Shown one piece after another: positions 1 to 6,581 of a DNA stretch of 27,359 bases. The notes under the pieces were generated by a model. That model was not told the origin of the DNA. It made no database searches and saw only the letters and a list, made by a program, of their open reading frames with translations. The position numbers and the translations under genes were made by a program. Every line of letters starts with the position of its first letter. Within the stretch, counting starts at the first letter, position 1. The DNA lies in IMG/VR virus record IMGVR_UViG_3300025389_000093, positions 1 through 27,359 of that record; one strand, 5' to 3'. The DNA is from a virus. Lineage: Duplodnaviria; Caudoviricetes.

Positions 1-216
1 CACAAGGATTGTTTCGTCAGCGTTCCACGTTGTTGTTCCATCTTGTAAGATTCCATCCAATAAATGTTTGTAGAATAAAGTTCCCAATATTGTTTGAAGA
101 TCAATATCCTGTGCGATCTGAATTTCTGCTTTAAGAACATCCATATCAACATTTTTGTTAATATTTGTATAGTTCTTCAACTTAACTTCACTGATCAGTA
201 ATTTTCCTATTGCCAT
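1..216 (-). CDS. Putative head-tail adaptor/head-completion protein, truncated at window edge
   Basis: Not in the ORF track. Hand translation from ATG at 216: MAIGKLLISEVKLKNYTNINKNVDMDVLKAEIQIAQDIDLQTILGTLFYKHLLDGILQDGTTTWNADETILV, open to base 1. Coupled to the portal stop (TAA-A-ATG). Function inferred from position after the portal. Confidence 0.65.
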   Translation of the reverse strand, partial: MAIGKLLISEVKLKNYTNINKNVDMDVLKAEIQIAQDIDLQTILGTLFYKHLLDGILQDGTTTWNADETILV

Positions 217-217
217 T

Positions 218-1432
218 TTAGTTATTGTTTAAATTTGGATAATTTGGTTCAGGTCTATTTTGTTCGTTATGACCTGTTTTAACTGGAGGAACCGGTTTTG
301 GATTGTTCTCATCATCTGTTGGAACAATTGGAAGAGGTTCGTAGATAGATAATTGTTTAATCTCAAGAGTTGTCTTCTTTCCAAAGAATAAGGTTAATAA
401 TTTATTGAACACCGGTAATATTTCATCTTGATATGGTTTAATAACCATACGAGCAAAGTACTCACTATGGTCAATTATCTCATTCCTGCTACCCAATTTA
501 CCAGGTGTAGAAATACCAAATAACTCTGCAGAAGACACACGATGAGAAGACAGAATAGACCTACTAATATCTTCATAAAGACTTTGGTAATAACTGTCGT
601 GATCATTACGAGGGATCTGTACAATATCTGGAGACTGTTCTTTACTTTCATTAAATGATACAATTGCTTGACCGGCATTATCAGTTCCACCATATTGTGA
701 TTCCAATGCACGTACTAATATACGTTGTTCTTCCTCACCAGGGATACCGTTATTATAATTAATCCATAATGAAGGAACCATACCTTGACGTAGGTTATTC
801 ATATGGAAGTTTTTAATCTCAATATCTATTTCAATACTACGTTGTCCGGCCGACCAATCCGGAACTGGGTAGTACGATAAACCAGGTTGGTAAATCTTAA
901 AATAAAATATTTGAACTGGTTCTTTTTCATTCTTGTTGAACGCAGGAAATGATTGTGGTGGATACTTTCTTGTATCTTCCCATTCAGGAGAATAATAATA
1001 GGTATCAACTTTATCCGTATCAGGATTAATCTTTCCCGATCTAATACGAGAAAAATCCAAATGATATATTTCAGCAATATTCTTTCTATCTCTGCTCCAT
1101 ACAATGTTTAATGCAAACCCACCGAATAACATAAAATCCAACATACATTTTCTCATAATGTCTGTTACATTCTCATCACCGTTTAATAATTCCCAAACTG
1201 CGTCAGGATTATCATCAGAATAAATCTCATCACCTAAGATTTGATTTACTTTTGATTTAACGATTGCTTTATGGATTGCACAGTTGTCATATAACTCAAT
1301 AAAATATTGAGGTAATAAATTGTTCTGACCATAAAATACCCAAGGAGAACGATTTAATATTTCAGAAAATACGGGAAATGATGCCGTTCTGAAGTTTATG
1401 TTTTGTAATTGAAATTTCTTTATCTCACTCAT
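218..1432 (-). CDS. Phage portal protein
   Basis: 404 aa with portal-like motifs (FYGQNNLLPQY, HKAIVKSKVNQILG, DFMLFGGFALNIVW, NFHMNNLRQGMVPS, YGGTDNAG, ILSSHRV..AELFGI, VIKPYQ). Confidence 0.85.
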   Translation of the reverse strand: MSEIKKFQLQNINFRTASFPVFSEILNRSPWVFYGQNNLLPQYFIELYDNCAIHKAIVKSKVNQILGDEIYSDDNPDAVWELLNGDENVTDIMRKCMLDFMLFGGFALNIVWSRDRKNIAEIYHLDFSRIRSGKINPDTDKVDTYYYSPEWEDTRKYPPQSFPAFNKNEKEPVQIFYFKIYQPGLSYYPVPDWSAGQRSIEIDIEIKNFHMNNLRQGMVPSLWINYNNGIPGEEEQRILVRALESQYGGTDNAGQAIVSFNESKEQSPDIVQIPRNDHDSYYQSLYEDISRSILSSHRVSSAELFGISTPGKLGSRNEIIDHSEYFARMVIKPYQDEILPVFNKLLTLFFGKKTTLEIKQLSIYEPLPIVPTDDENNPKPVPPVKTGHNEQNRPEPNYPNLNNN

Positions 1433-1434
1433 AA

Positions 1435-1803
1435 TTAATCTTGTATGTAAATGTAATTTTCATTCTCTTCATTTTGTGAAACATATTCTGTAAATGGTTT
1501 GCTCTCTTGAACACCATTAACGTTTGCAATGGTTACATAAACCAATTGATCTGTATCACCATAAATGTTGAGATTATATTGTCCTTCATAGATCAAATCA
1601 TCTGTTGTAAGATCTAATACTATAGTAGAATATCTAACATTACTTGTATATTGTAAAGGATTAGAAGTATCGATAGTATATGTGGTTGTTAGTTTAGACA
1701 TTATATGTGTAAAAACTAAATCATATGTACTAAAAGATGTTTGAGAATTGTTATTAATGTTTAATACCAACTCATTAACTTCATTTTTATTAATGTATAA
1801 CAT
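1435..1803 (-). CDS. Hypothetical virion-associated protein
   Basis: 122 aa, beta-rich, tightly coupled to the portal start and preceded by the TATATTTAA motif. Confidence 0.6.
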   Translation of the reverse strand: MLYINKNEVNELVLNINNNSQTSFSTYDLVFTHIMSKLTTTYTIDTSNPLQYTSNVRYSTIVLDLTTDDLIYEGQYNLNIYGDTDQLVYVTIANVNGVQESKPFTEYVSQNEENENYIYIQD

Positions 1804-1820
1804 AATATATTGTTCTACTA

Positions 1821-1830
1821 TTAAATATAA
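1821..1830 (-). promoter_or_regulatory. Conserved TTATATTTAA motif (putative promoter -7 element) upstream of the portal operon
   Basis: Same motif recurs in five other intergenic positions; lies just downstream of a terminator. Confidence 0.55.
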
Positions 1831-1858
1831 AAAAAATCAAATTGAATTGATAAAACCT

Positions 1859-1883
1859 AAAAAACCCTCCAAAAAGGAGGGTT
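1859..1883 (-). terminator. Rho-independent terminator after the putative tail tube gene
   Basis: Minus strand AACCCTCC-TTTTT-GGAGGGTT followed by TTTT (perfect 8-bp stem). Confidence 0.8.
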
Positions 1884-1931
1884 AATTGATAGAATATATA
1901 CAATTCAGTTCAAAAGAACCTACAGAATATA

Positions 1932-2468
1932 TTAGTTCACGATTGAAGCACCTGTGAACACTGATGCTAAAGCACCATTGATCACGTTAGCTGGCTCATG
2001 TTCTTGACCTTTGAAAGTAAGGTTGAAACCATTACGATCAGAGAATTGAACACCAGTTAATGCAGCACCTGATGCTAAATACATACCATTAACTTGACCT
2101 AATAAGTATTGTGTACCATTTTGGTCGATAGCAACGATTTGTATTTTATCGTTTTGAGAAAGAACTTTTAATTCATTTCTCTTTTGTTGATCATACTTGT
2201 ACAATACAGCCAATAATTCTTGATCGAAGAAGATAGTTCCGTTCTCAAAGTTCTTTTGGATGTTTTGTGTTAAAGATGATGTATTTCTTTTTAATTCAAA
2301 TCCGTACAATGTAGTTCCTGTTGTAGAAGTAGCACCAGTGATTGCACCATCAGCATCATAAGTGTATCCTGTTACAGATCCACCACCACCAACGATGTAA
2401 ATTTTTTGGATACCACCAATACCATCAGAACAACCTAATTGTACTCCTGAAGTGATAAAACAACTCAT
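1932..2468 (-). CDS. Putative major tail (tube) protein or other major structural protein
   Basis: 178 aa directly after the capsid gene; beta-rich (GGIQKIYI, ENGTIFFDQEL, IVAIDQNG.QYLLG, DRNGFNLTFKGQE.EPA); followed by a strong terminator. Confidence 0.6.
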   Translation of the reverse strand: MSCFITSGVQLGCSDGIGGIQKIYIVGGGGSVTGYTYDADGAITGATSTTGTTLYGFELKRNTSSLTQNIQKNFENGTIFFDQELLAVLYKYDQQKRNELKVLSQNDKIQIVAIDQNGTQYLLGQVNGMYLASGAALTGVQFSDRNGFNLTFKGQEHEPANVINGALASVFTGASIVN

Positions 2469-2485
2469 ATTTATATTATTTTTAT

Positions 2486-2508
2486 AAAAGGGGGAATTTC
2501 ACCCCCTC
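2486..2508 (-). terminator. Rho-independent terminator/attenuator after the major capsid gene
   Basis: Minus strand AGGGGG-TGAAATT-CCCCCT followed by TTT. Confidence 0.65.
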
Positions 2509-2520
2509 AATTATTTTTTA

Positions 2521-3498
2521 TTATGCTAAACCGTTTGTAGCGAAGTACACTGTTGAACCGAATTGTGCAATTTGTACACCGTAGTTGTAGTTTGCACGGA
2601 ATCTAATTTCATCGAAGTCTTTAGAGTACCACATATCCATTTTCTCGTGATCTGAAGTTAAGTCAAAACCTACAACTGTATATTCCTTAGGACCAATTGT
2701 GATTTTGTTATAACCAGCCAATCCGATTGTTGGAACCACCTTAACGTTTGAGTTAGGATGTGTTGCTTCCATATTAGAAGTAATATCAGCAGAACCGATA
2801 TAGTTATGGAAGAAGTTAGCCTTAGTTAAAGCTTGTAGATATAATCTCCAGTTTGCGTAAGACATAAACACAACTAAGTCTTCACGACTCATCGCGTTGT
2901 CATCTAATGCATCGATCAATTTATCAACCTCTGTGATTGGGTTACCAGCAGTACCGTAAGCAGCTGAAGCTGAGAACGCTGTACCGTTTGAGTTACCAAT
3001 ACCAGTGTTACCTGTTGTGATCAAAGTATAAAGACCATTGAAACAAGTAGAAGTGTTACCAGTTGCACCGGTATTTGCTTGCCATAATTGTGTTTCAATT
3101 CTTTGTTGAACTTGTTTAATTTTTAAGTCAGCAATTTGTTGTTCGAATGGAACAGTCTCACTTGTTTGACCTGCGTTCATTAACATTGATTGATACGTAG
3201 GATATAATTGCTTATAACATAACGCTTCGAATAATGTCTCTGGACATGTTGTGATATTTCTTTGAGTAAAGGTAGTTGTACCTGAAGGACTCAAAGAACA
3301 GTTTCCTGCTTGGAATGTAGGGTTACTATCCAATAAGTTTAACGCTTGTGTACCTTTAACACCTAAACGTACTGAACTATACTTAGGAGTAGTAGCTCCG
3401 ATTAAAGCTTTAGCAAGTAATTCTCCACCAACTTGGTCTGTGTAACCAGTAATGGACGATACTACGTAACTAAACTCTTGTTCTGAATAAATTTTCAT
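2521..3498 (-). CDS. Major capsid protein (HK97-fold inferred)
   Basis: 325 aa in protease-scaffold-capsid synteny, followed by a terminator; C-terminal DMWYSKDFDEIRFRANYNYGVQ is capsid-like. Confidence 0.8.
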   Translation of the reverse strand: MKIYSEQEFSYVVSSITGYTDQVGGELLAKALIGATTPKYSSVRLGVKGTQALNLLDSNPTFQAGNCSLSPSGTTTFTQRNITTCPETLFEALCYKQLYPTYQSMLMNAGQTSETVPFEQQIADLKIKQVQQRIETQLWQANTGATGNTSTCFNGLYTLITTGNTGIGNSNGTAFSASAAYGTAGNPITEVDKLIDALDDNAMSREDLVVFMSYANWRLYLQALTKANFFHNYIGSADITSNMEATHPNSNVKVVPTIGLAGYNKITIGPKEYTVVGFDLTSDHEKMDMWYSKDFDEIRFRANYNYGVQIAQFGSTVYFATNGLA

Positions 3499-3518
3499 AA
3501 TTTACTTTAGTTTTTTAA

Positions 3519-4331
3519 TTATTTTTTATTTTTTCTCATCTCTAATATATTAGCAAGACGAGCTTCAACCTCATCATCAACTTTTGAGAAAGCGTCAGAC
3601 TTGGAATATTTTATTTTTTCACCACCTGGTTCTTTTTTGAACGCTTCAAATTCATTTTTCAATGCACTGTATTGTTCATCCATTTGACTTAATTTATCGT
3701 GTGCTTTTGTTACAAACTCTTTCAACATATTATACATATCGTCATAATGTTGAGGGTTTAACTTAGCATCCTCTTTATTTGTTTCTTTATCTACAGGACT
3801 AACAGCTTCCTCTCCTTCTTCAGCTGGTGTTTCATCAGCTTCTTCAGCAGGAGTTTCAGTTTCTTCACCAGGACCTTTTTCTTCAGCAGGAGTTTCTAAT
3901 GAAACAATTTCACCGTCTTTAACAGTTACTTTTGAACCATCTTCTAATTCATGATCACCATCTGGTGCTGGTATTGATGTACCATCTTTAATCACAAATA
4001 ATTTACCACCTACAGCGAAACCTTTACCAGTTGCAGAAACTTCTGTACCGTCTTTCAATTTCCCTGAAACAAATACTTCTTTTACATTTGAAATTTTACC
4101 TTCAGAAACTTCTATTTCAAAAGCATCTAATTTGTAAGAACCATCTTCTAAAGTTACTTTTTCAAATAACTCATTAATTTTATAAACAGATTTTCCAACC
4201 TCAATTGCTTCCGCTTGTAAGATTGTATGATCCTCTAATTTAAAATCTAATAAAGTAGGTTCTGCCGATAAAAATCCAAACTGTACCATCAATTTCTTAA
4301 TTTCAGAAATTGCACTTTTTGAATTGGACAT
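3519..4331 (-). CDS. Capsid scaffolding protein
   Basis: 270 aa, acidic, ETPAEE x3 linker, C-terminal coiled coil; between protease and capsid genes. Confidence 0.7.
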   Translation of the reverse strand: MSNSKSAISEIKKLMVQFGFLSAEPTLLDFKLEDHTILQAEAIEVGKSVYKINELFEKVTLEDGSYKLDAFEIEVSEGKISNVKEVFVSGKLKDGTEVSATGKGFAVGGKLFVIKDGTSIPAPDGDHELEDGSKVTVKDGEIVSLETPAEEKGPGEETETPAEEADETPAEEGEEAVSPVDKETNKEDAKLNPQHYDDMYNMLKEFVTKAHDKLSQMDEQYSALKNEFEAFKKEPGGEKIKYSKSDAFSKVDDEVEARLANILEMRKNKK

Positions 4332-4364
4332 AATTGTATTTTGTTTTATTTATTATTCTTATTA

Positions 4365-4373
4365 TTAAATATA
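4365..4373 (-). promoter_or_regulatory. TATATTTAA motif upstream of scaffold-capsid genes
   Basis: Same motif as at 1821, 6566, 11158, 11758 and 23325. Confidence 0.5.
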
Positions 4374-4532
4374 TATATAATCCTTTTGCACCAAATTATA
4401 AGATCGGATGGAATGGTAAAATTGATTTTGTAATTGAACCAATATTTCACCAACACTCATATTTGGATATTCATTTAAGTTAATTTTCTTTGGTAACTCA
4501 AATCTTGGGTTCTCCCACTCAATCTCTAACAT
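4365..4532 (-). CDS. Small hypothetical protein (55 aa)
   Basis: Below the track cutoff. MLEIEWENPRFELPKKINLNEYPNMSVGEILVQLQNQFYHSIRSYNLVQKDYIYI; its ATG overlaps the protease 3' end and it fills most of an otherwise empty 187-bp gap. Confidence 0.45.
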   Translation of the reverse strand: MLEIEWENPRFELPKKINLNEYPNMSVGEILVQLQNQFYHSIRSYNLVQKDYIYI

Positions 4533-6561
4533 CTTTTAGTATTTTAGCAACTTCTATTAAGAATAACTCTTCTCTCTTAAATTCAGCAACTTCTTCAAAG
4601 AAACCTGAAACACTAAATCCATTTAGTTCATGATTTTTAACCATTTTCCAAACTTCAGGATTATTGATCTTCATTGAGACAAACCACGTACCAGAAGGTA
4701 AGTGTTCAAATCCATAATCTGTAGATTTATCGTTATTACTTTCTTTAATCCAACTTTCAATTACAAATACATCAGGAACCGCTTTACCATCATGCATCAA
4801 ATCATTATTATCAATATATTTGTTTTTCATGTATTTGTCTGCAATCATCTTAATGGTTTCAGGAGAGAAATACACATAATAAGGGTTTCCTTGATTATCT
4901 TTTCTGAAAATCTTTTCATTTGGGATCATTGCTGGACCCAATACAATTTGTTTATCAATATCTTGTGCAAAATATTGTTCTGTTAATTGAGTTGTAAATA
5001 AATGATTAATTTCATCTTCAAACATTGAAGGTTTTGTTAATCCTTTCTCAAGAACTTTCTTTTTCTTTTTTCCAATACCTGGATCTACATATCCACCAAT
5101 TGAACCAACATTATAATCAAATTCTTCTGTAACAACTCCTGGCAAATGTTTTTTAATATCATTTATAACATCAGGGTTATTATCAATATGTTTATGTATC
5201 CCCAATTTTTCTAAGGTCTTCCATTTAGGTTGTCCATTGGTATAATGTATTTTATCGTGTGGGATTCCTAATTCATCTGCAGCGGCATTAACTGGTGTTG
5301 ATTCAGAACTATTTCTTGACGTAACAATATGAACATCATAACCTTCATTCAATAATTGTTTGGCAAGTAACATACCTTTCGTGGTCGATAATGTCCCATC
5401 ATAATCAATTGAGACCTTTTGTCCACCAAAATTATAATCTCCCTTATCTTTTTTCTTTGCATGAAGGAAATGGTTCTTTGCTTCATCATTCCACGTTCCT
5501 TTTGTTATATGAAGAGCGTTTAATGCTCTAATAACCTTGCTATGTGTAACAACTGAATCAGTTTCAGGTAAATCTTTTACATAGTGGTAACATTTAACCA
5601 TTTGATCGACAAAAGTGTTAAAACTAACCCCACCAGGTACTTCTTTATCAGGATTATTAACAAAATACTGTTCATCAAACTGATCTATATCATCACCATC
5701 AAACTTTCCTACATTCCACGTGTTTAAATGGTTGTTTATGTAATGAACTAACCTATTTTCGGGTGTTTTTCCCTCATTTGCGGTGTCTTTTATGATTTTT
5801 GCGGTGTCTTTTGCTCGTTTTATACCACTTGAAATGATCCTTTTTGTACCTGTTTCTGCTATGTGTTTCCCGACATTTTTAGCGTATTTTACCCCATTTT
5901 CCGTCAAATTTGAGTCTTTTACACCTCCTTCCTTACCATTTACGTTATTTTCGTCTTGACCGTGTTCAAAAACGTTTGTTCCATTGATTGTAGTAGGATA
6001 AACCTTACCACTCATCTCTTCTTTTTCAAATTCTTTAATTTTTGATTGAGCCCAACTTAAAGCTGAAGCTCCACCCCATGCATCATACATTAATTTACCA
6101 CAACCATCACCATATCCTTTGGAACTTTCCAAATCAACTTTATGACGAGATAAATAACTATACATTCTTTTGATAGTATCCTTAGATAATGGTTCACCTT
6201 TAGCAAGTTGATTAGCACATTGCTTACCAACTTCAGTTCCACATGATCCCCAACCATTTTTTTCCACATAATCTAAAACTCTTTGAGCATTATGTTTAAT
6301 TGTTTCAGGATAATCAGAATGACTATCTTCCATTTTTTGTTTATGGATTGGAACACAATTTGGAACTTCTTTTCCATCTTTCATTTTTGTACCATAAGCA
6401 ACATAACCTGATTCACAAGGATTAACCATATCTTTGTGTTTTGAAAATGCCACCCAATTTACTTCAATTGCAGGTTGATCGACAAGACTGATACTATCAA
6501 TTCCTGATATATCATCATCTTCTTCTATTTTAAGTTCAAATATTTTTTCTTTCTTAATCAT
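4519..6561 (-). CDS. Prohead protease (XkdF-like serine protease) fused to passenger domains including histidine-phosphatase-like and HAD-like domains
   Basis: N-terminal ISLVDQPAIE; C-terminal QIVLGPAMIPN, NDLMHDG, VIESWI, GTWFVSMKI, LNGFSVSG. Internal EHG..SS..RAKDTA..PGG.S..VVTH and DYDGT..TSR..K..IDN motif sets. Confidence 0.8.
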   Translation of the reverse strand: MIKKEKIFELKIEEDDDISGIDSISLVDQPAIEVNWVAFSKHKDMVNPCESGYVAYGTKMKDGKEVPNCVPIHKQKMEDSHSDYPETIKHNAQRVLDYVEKNGWGSCGTEVGKQCANQLAKGEPLSKDTIKRMYSYLSRHKVDLESSKGYGDGCGKLMYDAWGGASALSWAQSKIKEFEKEEMSGKVYPTTINGTNVFEHGQDENNVNGKEGGVKDSNLTENGVKYAKNVGKHIAETGTKRIISSGIKRAKDTAKIIKDTANEGKTPENRLVHYINNHLNTWNVGKFDGDDIDQFDEQYFVNNPDKEVPGGVSFNTFVDQMVKCYHYVKDLPETDSVVTHSKVIRALNALHITKGTWNDEAKNHFLHAKKKDKGDYNFGGQKVSIDYDGTLSTTKGMLLAKQLLNEGYDVHIVTSRNSSESTPVNAAADELGIPHDKIHYTNGQPKWKTLEKLGIHKHIDNNPDVINDIKKHLPGVVTEEFDYNVGSIGGYVDPGIGKKKKKVLEKGLTKPSMFEDEINHLFTTQLTEQYFAQDIDKQIVLGPAMIPNEKIFRKDNQGNPYYVYFSPETIKMIADKYMKNKYIDNNDLMHDGKAVPDVFVIESWIKESNNDKSTDYGFEHLPSGTWFVSMKINNPEVWKMVKNHELNGFSVSGFFEEVAEFKREELFLIEVAKILKDVRD

Positions 6562-6565
6562 ACTA

Positions 6566-6575
6566 TTAAATATAA
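6566..6575 (-). promoter_or_regulatory. TTATATTTAA motif whose TATATTTA core ends 5 nt before the protease ATG
   Basis: Minus strand CTTATATTTA-ATAGT-ATG. Confidence 0.55.
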
Positions 6576-6581
6576 GTTTTT

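Noticed and set aside
4950-6440. Insert in the protease as an intein or intron
   Set aside because: No Cys/Ser start with His-Asn end, no LAGLIDADG motifs, and the frame is continuous with recognisable phosphatase folds.
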